Made by a program: the position numbers and the translations under genes
Notes under the pieces: generated by a model
Told to the model about the DNA's origin: nothing
Seen by the model: only the letters and a program-made list of their open reading frames with translations
Databases searched by the model: none
In this document: positions 24,601 to 38,611 of the stretch, in pieces
Layout of the letters: the number at the start of each line of letters is the position of its first letter
Position numbering within the stretch: position 1 is the stretch's first letter
Assembly (NCBI GenBank): GCA_900088475.1
Contig: FLMG01003321.1
Coordinates: 32,160-96,159, forward strand
Length of the DNA stretch: 64,000 nucleotides
Direction: 5' to 3'
Source of the DNA: Hyphochytrium catenoides
Lineage: Eukaryota; Protista; Hyphochytriomycota

Positions 24601-27600
24601 CGAGATTAGCTGTTGCCAAATCTTGGACAGAGACACCAAGGTCTGGTCCCTTACCCAATCCTTGGTCTGACCGATGAATATGTTCAAGTAGAGCCGGTGC
24701 AGACGCAGTGTCTAGATAGTGGTTCATGGTGTTCACAGTCTCCTGATATACGGCCGTAACCAATCTCTGCCTCTCCAGGTTATCCTGCTCCTCATGACCG
24801 CCGTTATCTTGCTGGGTGGGCAACGTTCTGAAAGGAGAAGACACCGCCTCTAAAGGAAGGGGGCTGGAGCTGGGATGGAGAGCGAGAAGAGAATCATGTC
24901 GTCGACCCAACCACCAGAGTGCGGCGCTTTCGAGAAAGTTTCCTCCTACAAAGGAAATGGGTTGAGAGAGAGTACGAGAAAAGGACGACAGACAGAGCAA
25001 AATGGGAAGCGGAGCGGCGAGAAACGGAGTGAGAGAGAGAGAGAGCCCACATGGGCTTTAGGGAAAGGTGGTACTACATATTGACGCCAAAGATCAGTTT
25101 GACGAAAATCCGGAGCCTAGTCGATCGAGAGACATGACTAAGGGTCATATCAATGCTTAAGCCAAGAGGTTCATCAAGTCCACCCCAAAGCAGCTAGTTA
25201 CCTGGATGGTTTCTTGCGTAGGCTATGACGTCCTCCTCCATCAGCTTCTTACAGACAGGTCCCAATGGTGTCACGACCTCTTCAACTCCTGAACCAGAAA
25301 CAGATTGCCTGCTACCCCATTCCCCACCATGTTCAACCACTCGTGTCACACAGATAGCCAGGGAGGGATCCTGGAGATAGTTTAAGATAATCCGCACCGC
25401 TTCATGCAGTTTGGGCGGCTGGTGAAGGAGGAACATGGCCGCTGCAGGAGAGTAGTATTTCTTCCGTAGAAGCGCGTAAGCATTCTTCACAGCAGCGACC
25501 TGTTGGGACGTCCAACGTGGTGAGTAGACCGTAAGGGGAAGGAGAGCGCTTATCAACCACGAAAAAGAACTGAGACTGTGCAGCGGAAGCCGAAGAAACA
25601 TTGTGAGTTGGGCGAAATGCTAGTAAAACGCTAATCAATCCACTGTGTCACCACGAAGGCAAGCAACACCGACTGGCAGATGGTCAACAATGGTGGTCAC
25701 ATGAGCTATGAGATTAACTTCCTCTAACCTGCCAACGCTCTTCTGCAAAGTTGTTCAGAAGAAAGGTTGAGAGCTGCTTGTATTGTGGATTGTTAGAGAT
25801 ACGGAGGAGGCCAGCTAGAACTTGTTTTTTGCCTGTGAATAAGCACCGGCGAGTCCAAGGATTACCCGAGGCGGTGAGAGAGCAGATGTAAGAGAGAGAT
25901 TGTCAGTAAAGTGGCTAATTCCTGCTTAATGGTTCCGCAGAGAGGCCATTGAACGAGAACCCCCGAGGCCCAGGCGTCAAGGCGAAGAGATACTCAGAGA
26001 AGGCGAAAAGAGTTGTTGTGACTCTCGTGCTAAAATATGTCGCTTACCAACGGCCGCGTATAAAAGAGCTACAGATAAGGCGTCACGGCAGCGGGAGAAC
26101 TCTGTCTTCGCTACTTTTTCCAGTATGTCCCGAAGTTTACTAGAGTCCTATGGTCCAGGAAGGAAACGACGCAGGATTCTTGATTAGAAGAGTGATTTTC
26201 GTACTTTAACGTGAGACCATTGAGATGTAAGTATAGGATGAGGTAAGACTCATGGGAAAGCACCATTTGCCATGCAAGAGGTGAGGAAAGGTTGCCGGGT
26301 AGGATGCAAGGCGAGCCGTGCGGAACTCGAAAGTAGAGGATTATAAGAAAAAGTAGCAATGCTATTGAGTCAATTTCGACGCAGAAAGCTACATAGAAGA
26401 AGAAGAAGCCAGCCCAAGAAAGTCAACAAGGAAATGGTTCATAACATATCAAAAGTTAACGGTAAGTAGGGCTCCCTAGTTTGGACAAGCCCGACCTTGA
26501 TCCATAACCCTGGCCATAGCTCCCTGATATCTTGTTTCCAGGACGGAGATGATGGAATTACGCGTGACAGCAGAAGGTTCTGATTCTGACAGTGTAGACC
26601 CCACACCACTGATGAAAGAGGAGGGAGGAGTGGGAGCAAAGAAGGCTGGCGTTCGAAGACGAAGTCTGGGTGGACATTCGCCTTCGAAGAACTAAATGGC
26701 TCCGCGGCGCCTATCACGTCCACATAAGACACTAACAAAATCAAATTGAACAAGTAAAGAACAACATAGTTTCATCAACAAACGGCAAACAAGACTCACG
26801 CTAGAGAAGGGGCAAACGGACCAGGCTAGAGGATTACAGGGAATGAGGTGAGCAGGAAATGAATGGGCATGATAACCATGGAGATGACCAAACCAGACAG
26901 AAGACACAGGTTACGTCACCCGTAGGCGGAAGCCCGTCCGAAGAATGTCATAAATCGCACCCTTGTCAGCCATAGGTGTACCTGTCGTTCGGTCTTCTCC
27001 AATTCTAGTACTCTTATCCGCCAGTTCCAGGCATATTACCTGTGCGCTTCGGGCTAAGGAAGTCTGGATAAGGAATGAGAGGCCAAAAACATCTAGTGCT
27101 CGATCTGCCCCCGACGATAAGAACTGGGAAAGAGAGGATCCAGAAGACAGAGACCTTAATATAATGAGAAGCTGTAGGGCCCACAGCTCTGGATAGTCAG
27201 CCAAGAGCCCTACAACGGTTTTGCGTGCCTTCTCCCCTCTCCTGAGAAAGGATGGAGCTAAGGAGAGAAGAAGATCATGACTTCTTTCCGTCAGGCAACG
27301 GTTTAGTACCGCAACGTCACCATCCGACAGAAAGAAAGCTTTCTCGTCTTTCACGCAGCCCTTGTCTTCCTGACTAATCCAGCCTTGGGTCTCAGGCCTG
27401 AAACGAAGGTTATTCAGGAGAAGAAGCTCCTTCTCTTTCTCCTCACTTAGGAAAACAAAATCGGCATTTTCTAGGTTGGCGCTCAGCTTAAGAATGTTGA
27501 AGAACCATTGAAGCATCTTTTGTACGCGCAGCCTTGATCCTGCCAGAAAAAGGGGAGAGCAGGAAGAGTCCATTCCATCAGCATCTGCTCTGGCTTTATC

Positions 27601-30600
27601 CTCACGCTCTGGTCCCATAAGTAGGGCACACAACGCCATCGGGTGCCAATCGGGGAAAAGTTGAGAGCTTAGCCGAAGAGCATCCTTCAAGGCCTCAACA
27701 GTAAGCCCAGTGACGGAGAAGGCCGTATAATCAACAGTCGTTGGCGAGACAGAGATGGATGTCGGTTGAGACGGCAATGTAGGTGTGAGAAGCTGAGCCC
27801 AGAGCCTTTTCATGACGCCTTTGCTCTTCGTTTCATGAATATGAGATCCAAAATCTGTCCACCTACATTTCAGAGACAATTAAGGGTGAGCATGAACTGA
27901 TCATTCCAGCTGCTCCCTATAGTACGAAGATGCAGAAGCAGCAACAGTGGCAGGTTTCGAAAGTGCCAGAGTACAAAAGGTAGTGCTGTCGGAAACCCAG
28001 TGACGAAAGTGAGACAAAGCGCTTTCGAAAGCTACTAGCTGGTTACCTGAATATGACAAATGGGCTTTGAGTGTTGCAGTTCGTCCCCTTAATCAGCTCC
28101 GCCTCCTTCATGCACCCAATCCCGGCAGCCACCACCAAGCCCGATGGGGAACGAAGCAAGTCGAACGAAGCGGGGAAAGAGGCCACTGGAGGAAGTATGG
28201 CCCTCCAGCTGTAGGGTTTAGCTCTCGTTTCCTCTCGCAGACTCTCGTCTCCTCTCTTTTGTTGTTGTATGGGAACACGAGAGTACAAAGAGACGCTCTC
28301 TCCATCGCAGACAGCAAGCACGGGATGTAGGTGGTCAACATCCCCCGGGCACCATTCAAACCGAGTAAAGCCGAATGGAGATGAAGTAGAGATGATTCCG
28401 TCTAAAAGAAACGAAAGGGAGGCAAGGTCTGCCTCAAAAATGAAGATGCTGCTCTTGCATGCGTCGAAAGTGACAGCCAGAGTGGTCACATTCAGAACTT
28501 TGATGCATGAAATACCCCTCTCCAAAGTTTCATCACCTGCTTGAGGCTCCTCTCTTGCTTGTCTGCCGACAGGTGTAATAAAGCGTGGTGATTGCCCTCG
28601 TTCAAATCTCTGGCCGGGAGCTTGCAGGGTAATGGCAGCGGGGCTGTCCTTTACCTCTTTCTCAAAGGCTCCATAGGCATCTATAGAAACCAGCTGGAGG
28701 GAAGCAAGCCTTAGGTTATATCCCCACCCGACAGGAATGCGAGCGGCGCTCAAGGGAGAAAAAATCAAGTAGGTAACCAGAGGAAAGCCCCATGAGCAAA
28801 GAAATATGAATAGAGAGAGAAAGCGGGACCTGATCCCAAGAATAGGGATACGGGAGGAAGGAAGGCATGCGTCTCGATTAAGTGAACATCGACAGTCAAG
28901 GGCATTTACCTCTTCCCAACTCAGATTATCTCCCTCCTCCTTCTGCCTGCCAGCCAAGGAGTAGACAAATAAAGTGCCTCCTTTAGTTGCCACGTAAAGG
29001 AATATGCTACTTTCTCCTGAGCTAATGAAGGCTGAAGGCTGGACCCAGGAAGAGACATACGAAACCTCATGATCTGCAAGCGAGGGAGGAGGGAATGGCT
29101 GGAAAATACAATCCTCTTTCATCTGGCTGTCCTTCATCAACCTCCAACATTGGAGGCGGCTTGTGTCTCTTTCTATCCCTACTACGATCGCGTCACCTTC
29201 TCTCCTTTCGGAGCCGTTAGAAGAAGTAGAGATGTTCGGATGGACAGAAGGGAATGTCAGAGCGAAGTTTAGCTTAGCATTGGTCGCGTGCAACTCTCCT
29301 ACGAGTTCCCATCGCTGGAGGCGCTTCTGGCTTTGAGATTTTTCCAACAAGCCCCAATGTACCGGCACTTCAAAAGAGTGGCATCGTGTCCCATGGTAAT
29401 ACTCTTTAGAGCTTATTCTTCGAATCTTGCCCTTTCTGTCCCATTGTTCCTGTCCTCTGTTCTTAGCTTCATCCTCTCGCGTTGGGTCCGAGTATCCGCT
29501 GGCCTCTACTAAGGGTGAAGATGATAGTTGAAAGTATCGACGAAATTTGAGCCTCATAATAGGCTCTCGCTTCAGGGAGTGAACCACAGCCAAAACCTCT
29601 GCCAAACTTTTGTCCCCGAGATCCCTGCCATTTATCCCAATGAAAACATCAAATAACTCAATCTTGCCAGACTTTTGAGCTGGGAGATGACGGCCATCTT
29701 GCGGGTTCACCTGGCACCACAGCAGTGCAAAGATCAAATCCCAAAGGATACACCGGATCGCAACAAACTCTTAGGAATGACGCGAAATAAATGATCGACA
29801 ATTGATAGTCCAAGGGGAGTGAGCAAAAAGCGGCTGAGTGGAAAGGCTACAGTCCAACGGACAAAGGCAAAATCATTAGAGAAAGGGAAGCCCAAAGATG
29901 ACCCAAACAAGATGCTCTATGACTAGGTTTCAACTTCTAATGAGCAATTTGAAGATCAGATCCGTGTAGGGGAACTACAGGGTAGGCAAGTCCAATTCTC
30001 CCAAATAGAGAGACAAAAAGACACGCCTGTATGTCAGCACTGAGACGGCCTCCATATTTCAAGCACCACTCCTACCTTAAATCGAGAGACTACCACATGA
30101 TCTAGGAGCTGGTCAAGCACTATGCCCAGCCCTCCCTCTCGATCAGGCTCCAGCTCCACCTCGAACTCTGTGAAGTCCTTCTTCTCTGGGGTTGATTGAT
30201 GAGAAGAGAGAGCTGATAGAGCTTGAACGAAGAGCTTAGCTGTAGGAGGTCGAGGCAGGAGTGAGAACTGTTCGGCTGGCTGGAGGACCAGATCCAGCGA
30301 GCATCGGTAGAGCTTGAACCTCCCTGAAGGGTAGAACAGTAAAAGCTCTGGGAGCCGGTCGGTGAACCTGCCGTATCAATGGGATCCAGGGCAGACTCAG
30401 CAACCGCAGTGAAGAGATGTACACGGAAGGGCTAGACAAGAAGAGCGATGAGGAAACTCCGGTACAAAGAAGATAGCGGTTGGCCTTCGACAAATCTAAG
30501 GAACACTACAAGCAGGAATGGCCATAGCTTCCGAAGTAAGACAGGAGAGCAAATACGTCTGCCATTCTACCTGCAACCGGTACCTACTACCCAGTCCATA

Positions 30601-33551
30601 ATCATGACTGCCTCCTGGTCGACGGAGTAGAAGCATCCTGCAGGGAGAAGTTGGTCCGAGACAATCAAATTTTCCTGAGCCCACCATGTCATAACTTCAG
30701 TTACAACTTTTTGATCTCTCTGATCGTCCGAGGCGGTCCTTCCTTTCCCAATCATCTGATCTCCGTCCTGTAAATGTGCAAAAGTGGCGACAAGGGGCAA
30801 GGAAGGATGACAGCAGAGCGCCTCTATGGGTGCGATGTGGGGCCGCCACCACGCCTGACGATTAACCTTCGACATACTTCGCCGTTCGTTGAACTTGACC
30901 TAGGCAGTGTGAGGGAGAGTAGCATTAGAAGACCTTTTGAGGAATAGCGAAGATACATGGCCATTGAGAGGAGACAAAATGAGTTGTATCGGCACTTGTC
31001 AAGCTCTCTAAGTGAGTTGAAGGGCCATGTAACTCAGCTAAATGAGGAGAACAATAGCTCCTTGAGTCTTTGCCAGGGAGTTGCTAGTCGAGGAAGCGAA
31101 ATACGAACAAAGATGCACAGATTTAAAGCAGTAAGAGAGATGAAAGACGAAGGGGAAGCAGGCGAAAAATGAAGGTCTTATGACATAGTCCGCCGGTGCT
31201 TGGGTCCTTCTTACATCTATGCTTGTTAACGCCCCATCTCCTCTCTGCAAGAGGACAGAGAGCCCAACAGGGAGGCCGCTTAAAGTGTGACGCATGTAGC
31301 CCGCCGCAAACGCTTTGGACAAATCTCCTCCCTTGGGGCCTCTCAGGTGAGATAGATCAAGCGTGAGGGAGAAAGAGGATGGGAAGACATCAGGTGACAG
31401 CTTAAGCGATGAGTCCAGCCCTCTGATGCACCACATATGCAGCTTAGAAGAGTGAATGCTGACTATCCAGTCGCACTGGTCCTTAGGCCAGAGAGCAAGC
31501 GAAAAGTTGTTAGGCCGAGCCGAGTATCAATGAGGGATGCAGTTGCTTTGGAAAGGGCTCTGACAAAGAATGAACGGATCTGAAACAACGGAAGGAGTGA
31601 TCCTCTAACCTGACTATGATCTCCTTCTGGCACATTCTCATCGTCAAGATTGCAGCGCAAGGCGTACATCCAGCTAACCACGCACGGAAATGAGGAGAGA
31701 TGGGATAGTGCACTAGGCGGAGAAGGCAGTCCTGATATCTGAGCGCAGCAATGGAAATCCTTGTCAAGAGATGGCTCTACCCAGATGTAAGCAACTCCAT
31801 CCTTGCAGACTAGCAAAAGACAAAGAAAGGTCAGCATTGTAGTGGTGGAACTGACTTGCTCTGGCTGCGTTTCAGCAGAGAGCAACCAAACACTAGGTTA
31901 GCGAGCCATATCTCCTGGAAGTTCTTAACGTTCCTGAGAAACACTTAGCAAGCCCCTTCGAAGTCATTCTAAATACTTAGAAGGCGTCCAAGGAACAAGA
32001 TCCTGAAACGATTGACAGTCCCTCTCCTTTCCGTCCTCTCTGCCACGCTTTTTAGCAACACAGTGTCAGTTCTCTCTTACTTACATGCCATTAACACATT
32101 CAGAGAGGTCTCGAAATAAGCTGGTCGCCAAGCAAAGGATATGATGTCAGCTGGCTGAGGGACCGGTATCAATCCATAGACAACTTTCCCAGCCTTCAAC
32201 TCATAGCGTCGCCAGATCTTTACTATAGCACTTTCCTTCCCGCTCACAGTGGCGAATAGGCGACTCTAGAAATTGAGTAAATGAAGCTTAGATCCATGGA
32301 AAGAGTAGATTTAGCTGCTTCTGCTTCTATCGGACGCCAATCACTTCCCTTCAAGTGGTCTGGGGTCCAGAGCACCTGAGTATTTACCATCTTCTCGATC
32401 CCTTCACCTCCTCGCCAGACACACATGATAGCATACCTGCGGCGAGAAGGCAGCCAGTGCGACCTTCTCGTCTCTATCGGCCCAAAGCTCCACATAATCC
32501 CACGTGCCCTTTCCGACACTTTTACTACTTTGGTACACCGAGATTCCCTCAGTTCCTGAAAGATAGCGGTGGGTCATAATGGACTTACAAGGAAACGACT
32601 TTGTTCTAGAAGGTGCAGAACAAAAAGAAGGGAACACTAAAGTAGTGGCATATGGATCGATCTGATTAGCTTGAAGCAGAATGACAATGGCTATCTCGAT
32701 AGACTAAATCCACGAGGCATGCCGATGATATGGTAGACAGTCTACTTTCGATTAGCGACTACACAGAGAAAGCGCACTTTTGGTAGTTGAGCCTTTACTA
32801 TAGGTAAGACTGGAAGAAGCTTCGTGCTCACACACTACCTGATATAAGCAGGGCATTTCCCATGAGACTGGTGGAGACGCACTGGATGCAAGGAGTGTTG
32901 AACTGCTTCTCCCATACTTTATCCCATCCGATCTCGCTTACTAAGGACGCATAACAATGAAGCGTGAGCTCTATCTGACCGCTGCTTGTTCCTTACTCCA
33001 AGACTGTCGAGAAAGCAGCAACAACCCCCTTTCCAGTTCCTCCCTTCCGCCTTTCAACACTTTTGTTCCGTGCTTGCCTCAATCTCTCGTCGGTGCTACT
33101 ATATCCCGCCCCTGCATAGCCCTTCAGCATCCTGTAAGGGCAAAGGACTATACCCTCTCTGCTCCCTCATCGCTCCCTCTCCCGGTCAGTACACACCTCT
33201 CCCGTTAGTCTCAGATGCCTGCTCTGATAATGTCTGTTCGTTAGGTACATGGACTGTTATCAAATCGGCAGAAGCGCAGGCCAGAAGCGCATTTCCTGTT
33301 GCAAACTGGAGAGAGCAGAGTGGACGAATATGGTCGTGGAGAATGGAGATGACGGAGAAGTTGCAGGGATCTCTAATGGAGACCGTGGGGCCAGAGCCCA
33401 CCGCAATAAGCTGGACTCCGTGATAATCTACCCAGGACCACAAAGAGAGAGGAATCTCAGGGAAGAAGCGCTTCAGCACGTATTCTTCAGACGAGAGAGA
33501 CTCTCCTGCACCATAAGGCACTCCTTCCTCATCCGCTCTATGGTTCGCCAT
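18633..33551 (-). CDS. RAVE Rav1 / rabconnectin-3 alpha (DMXL)-like protein with PDZ, DEP and C2 domains (many exons; borders approximate)
   Basis: N-terminal WD40 exons read IWRRY..PQPADIISFAWRP..NVLMA|CKDGVAYIW (DMXL: HPRAVTGFSWR..NVLLTSCHDGVCRLW). Rav1p_C exons read PSWKQDIRELWPGLWIK|KLRDILEKVAKTEFSRCRDALSVALLYAAVG|KKQVLAGLLR..LSTFLLNNFAEERWQ|VAAVKNAYALLRKKYYSPAAAMFLL..QDPSLAICVTRVVE. PDZ at ~29540-30180, DEP at ~21340-21640, C2 at ~18790-19660. Confidence 0.85.
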
Positions 33552-34474
33552 CCTTTTTTCTCAAATAAGACCCTTCCTACCCTAGGTCTTCATGCTTCCT
33601 TCGAGGTCAACCATCAAAGGTATCAAGGAACTATCGCTGAAAGAAGAAGGTCACCATCTTTTGCCGGCAGCGTCAAGCCTCTCCAGGAGACAGAAAGGGC
33701 CAACACATCAATGAGAACCCAGCACTTGCAATCATAAACGAGCTTGGAGGCACCGTGAACTGCCAGCAGCCCTGTCTCTTCTGAAGGTTGAAGCAGCCTG
33801 CGCGCCTTCCTGGAGCTCTCATCGGGACGCGACAGAGATCTGGCGAAGCAGCGGCACCAAAACGAAGTTGAGAACCGGAAGATCATCAGCTTGATGAACA
33901 GTATCTAGCCTTATTCCGGAATTTCTAAAGGACTAATATTCTACATTGAGAATCTAGCGTTTCCAGTTAGCCGTTAGGGGCTCTTAGAAAATTTCTGAAT
34001 CCTTACCGCTAACCGCTGTTAAAAGGTCTTTAACTCCTGTCGGTTACAGTCGTTGAGATAGGAGTACCATTTGTCTCATGAAAGATTAAAGCAACAGTGA
34101 TAGGAATGTTGCTTCCTTTCCTTGTTGGGCAGCCCGGCGATGAAGTCCGCGTTCATCAGTCTTTTGGACTGAAGCCGAGGACAGATCTCTTCCGACCTGA
34201 AGCTCGTCCTACGTGTCTTTCGAAGTGCTTCTTTCTCCCTGGACTCTGCATGTTAAGGTGCTGCTTCTCTGGGAGCCAATCCTGGGTTTGAATATGTGTC
34301 TGGGACATGAAGATCCGGAGCTCCGTGGGAGATTGTTCCGGTTCGTTATATGGTCTGCGAGGTTCTAGAGATTGACTTTGTTCCTGGACGTGCCGTCTAT
34401 TGTCCATAGGCGCAGACCTTCAATGCGAAGGCGGATGAGCACGTCAGTTCCTCATACAGCCGACCGCTGGAAGC

Positions 34475-37400
34475 ATGAGCGGACCTCCTCCTCCTAAAAA
34501 AGGCTTGCAGGCTCGCCTGAAAGGTTTGCTGAGTTCGGTACGGACTGCGCCAATAGAGGAAAGCCCTCCAAAGCAGAAGGAAGGCTTGGGCGCCAGCTCT
34601 AATGCAGACACTGTTGATGCCACCAGCGTTACTCCAGCGGAGGCAATCGTACCCTTCAAGGACTTGCGGAAGTCCAAGTGGTCGGCTTCCCTCCTTGCTG
34701 CCTTTTCTCCGTCTTTCCGACCAGGTTCTCCCTCGCTTTCTCCTCAAACGAATGCAACGAATATAGGGAAATCGGATTCAAGACTTGGCGCTCTTTCTCG
34801 CGTCGGCAGTAAGCTGTTTGGAGGCTCCTCCTTTCTTTCTGGAGGAAAGAGCGTGGAAAGTCAGAAGAAAAGTCATCAGAGCACCAACTTATCCAAAAGG
34901 CCCACGACTGCTTCGAGTGTAAACTCACGCTGGCCAAAGGTTCGACGCTATGTGTTCACTCACTTTGGTTTAGAGAGGTTCCTGGGGTCTGAATTGGACC
35001 AACTCGATCTTAGAAAGAGACGGGTCCTGCTTCGAGCTCTTCTAAGAGAGGAAAGAGTGAACGATCTTCATCCACTTCTCTTGCAAGTCACAGTCAAAGG
35101 AAGAGGCTCTGCTCGGCTTGCTATTATGACTGCGAGGCTGTACTATCGCTGTTGGCGGAAGAACTGCTCTCCTTTCCTCCTTGCTAAGACGTTACAAGGC
35201 TACGAAACCGCTATGCGGCACGTGGAGAATCTCTCCCCAGACATCTTGATCGACTATGCCCTACTCTGTCTCTATCACGGCGACAGCAGGAAAGCGTTGG
35301 ATGTCCTTGCCTTCTCTCTGCGATTCCGCTCGTTCTCCTCTTTCTCCTCCGTGCTCCATGTCAGCGCAGCAATATACTTGAGGACGGGCCTATACGCTAA
35401 GGCTCTGCATTCTTTGGACGCGATCAAGGACAAGGAGCCAACGCCTGCGCGACTTTTCCCTCGGTTGGACGCAGAAATCGCCCTTGTCCTCAGCTTCATT
35501 CAGCCTCGGACAGAAGAGCAGGAGGTAGTGATGATGGAACTTTACTGGTCCGAGTTCTTTAGGCAGAGAGAGGAGAACGACCAAGAGTTTAAGGAAAGGA
35601 ACACCAGGAAAGGAGAGAAAGAGAGCGAAGAGAGCGAAAGCTTGAAAAAATGGATTGAGAATCCGCGCACCTGGGCAACATATGGCAAGATGTTCCTGGA
35701 GGCGGAGCAGTATGTCTTTGCTCTCAGTTCTTTCAACCGCTATTACGCTCTTTGTGACAGTAGAATTGAGAGCAGTAAGCGAGAGAATCTCCATAGGGAG
35801 GACCAAACAGAGCAGAGGGACAGAGGAATGGACATCATGCAAATGCAACTGCTCGCTCTTGCACATCTTCAGCGACAGATTCCTGAAACCTTACAGGACA
35901 GGGTGCAAAAACACTTTAGGGGCCAATTATCGACAGCTGTTGTCTCTCTTTCTCTCTTCCAGCAAAGTGCGGGAAGTAGAAAGGTGTTGGGAGGCCTGAG
36001 AATACGCTTTCTAACCGTGATAACGGGAGCACTTTGCGCATTCGCACGGGCGACCTGGCTCAGGAGAAAGAGGGAGGCCGAGAGAATAAAGGCAGAACGA
36101 ATAGAGCTAAAAAGGAAGTGGAGACATGTTGTGGCCTCAAAGCTTGTGAGTTCTATTCTACATTCGTCGTCCGCTCAAATGAAGAAGGCAGTAGAGCTGC
36201 ATGTAGCCCAAAAGAAAGAGCTAGACAATCAGCTACGCCTTGCAAGGCTTCGGAACCAGGTATGCAGCGACTGGATGGACAAGGAATTCTCTCCTCTCTT
36301 TGTTGCTCATTATAGCAAAAGTTCGGCCATTAGACAGCAGAGGGCAGCGGAACTGGGAACGTTAAGATGGCAGAGCGCTCTCAGGCTCCAGACCCTTTGG
36401 CGGGCCTTTGTTACCCGTCGAGCCCTTTATGAAGCGTACCGCCACCAGATGCTTAAGACCAGAGCGAAGGAGCTTGAGCGATTAGCTCTTGCCATAGAAG
36501 ATAAGGTAGGAAATGTGAACATCTATCGCTGTCGGTTTTGTGACCAAACATTGCTTGATGGTCTACTACGACCAGGTGTTAGATCCGATCTAGTCATTTT
36601 CTTAGCCATTGTCGTGCCCATCATGCACCCGGTTGGATGGCGTGACTTATTTACATACTTGCTGCGTCATCTTGCTTGGCCAACTTCCTTCACATAGGAA
36701 AGCGCTATGGAGAAGCGAGAAGAGAGCAGCCAACGGGTGGGAGATGTCCGGCATCTCACGGGAAAGAGTGAGAGAGAAAACGCGCATGACTACCGCGTCT
36801 CACATCTATCTCCACAAGAGAGAGCAAGAGCGATGCTCCCGTTCCTCTCTGAATCGCTAGGTAGAAAGCTGCTCATTGACAAGGGGCTTGTTGGAGTTCC
36901 TGTAGGCGTGGAAGAGATTGCTCTTCCCTCTCACTCTCCGCCGGCTTCCCCTGGGCAAAGAAAGAGAGGAAGAAATAGTAAGTGTCAATCTCCGTACTAT
37001 GTTTCTCCTAAGAAGACCACCACGCTGAGGACTCGCTACATGTGGCTCCCGGTGCATTGGTTTGAGAGCGACAAACTCTTCCACATTCTTGTGGGACGAT
37101 CGAAGGAGATGTCAGAGGTCAGCGAACAAGAGGGTCAGAGCCCAATTGAAGAGAAAGGACGTGAAAGTGCTCAAGAGGAACCGTCACTGAGTATAGCATT
37201 TAACCCCATTGATCCCGATAGAGACATTGAAGACGAAGAGGAGGAGACCCCTACTATGGACTTCTTGAGCATGGTAGATGAGCATATGGCCAACACATAT
37301 AGACAGGAGAGACACGCCGTCGAAGAAGAGAGAAGGAAGAAGGGAAAGCTCGTACCTTCCCCTCATAAGCCGCGTCCTCATGCAGAGGGTACGCCACTCT

Positions 37401-38275
37401 CTCCTCCTCGTTCCCCTTCTAAGCGAAGCTCGCCCACAAAGAACTTGATAGAACGAAACAGGATGGCCGTGATGGAAAAGAGAGACAACGCAAAGAAATG
37501 TCAAGGGGACAAGAAAACTGTTATTCCAGGCTTCCTCTACGCAACTTTAGGGTCCAAGAGATATCGTGCAGTGGTCATTCAGCGCACTCCTCAACTTATC
37601 ATCAAGCTGGAGAGGAGAGAGTTTACGAAGGAAGGGCCGCCATCCCCAGGCCGGAAGAGCCGTAGCTCATCAAGTCCAAAAAAGCAGCCACTGGAGCCGA
37701 GGGCAGGAGGCCACTCTCCTTTTAGAGCAGGTGGACTCCCTTCACCTTCTCATCCGAAGGCAGATGAAGCACTATCTTCACCTAAGAAGAGAGAAGCATA
37801 TAAGGGTGTGGCGGAAGAACGAGAGCTCAGCAAGAACAATGGCGCTAGCACGTGCGAAGACCTAGTCCAGCGGGCCGATGAGGTACTGAGGCAGGTGGAT
37901 CAGTTCATTGGTACGTCCAGCCTTGAAGATCATCGGGTAGACCGAAGAAATGAAGATCCTGGAGAGGGGAAAGACCAGGGAGAAAGTCCTGATACACCTG
38001 TTGACAACAAGGGACATGATAAAACCTCTTCTCCCTTACTTTTCCCTGAGGAGCCAGCCTTGCAAACTTTCACGCCTCTCACCTACGTTGAGGGAGAAGC
38101 CTGTGAAGAAAAGATAACAGCGAATAGCAGTGACAAGAAGTGGAAGCTAAGGGACGATTCAAGGCTTTCTAACAGCGACAAAAAGGAGGCCGCTGGTCCA
38201 GAAAGTAGAGAAAGCGAACAAAGACCGGGTTCTTCTGCCACTCTGAGGCGGGCAGGGGAAAATCTCCTCAGATAG
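34475..38275 (+). CDS. ~1200-aa TPR-like / coiled-coil / IQ-motif protein with a disordered C-terminal tail (2 exons; intron 36506-36697)
   Basis: The two long ORFs join in frame through the GTAGGA..CATAG intron (EDK|ESAMEK). TPR-like helices: YALLCLYHGDSRKALDVL, SAAIYLRTGLYAKALHSL, WATYGKMFLEAEQYVFALSSFNR. IQ motif: SALRLQTLWRAFVTRR. Confidence 0.8.
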
Positions 38276-38611
38276 CTAGAAGAACTCAAAGAATAACTTA
38301 TTTTATCACTCCTGCAAAGGAGAAACCTCATGCCGAAGCAGTTATTCTATAAGGGCTGAAAGGACGGCAAGGACTCTGAAATGACTAGATAAGATAGATC
38401 CTGCGCCGCAAAGGAGGGACAACAGCGCGACATGCAAACAGAAAGAATGCCCTGACTATTGGGGAGTGGGATCGAGCCAGAGTAGAAGATTGTCAAAGAG
38501 GCTCTAATAAGGTACAATCAACACTGTCCAAAGAGGATACGAGGACATGTACGTCAAATAGGCTGATTCGATAGAGGAAGTATGAGTCAGGAGTAGGAGC
38601 AGAGAGAGGGA

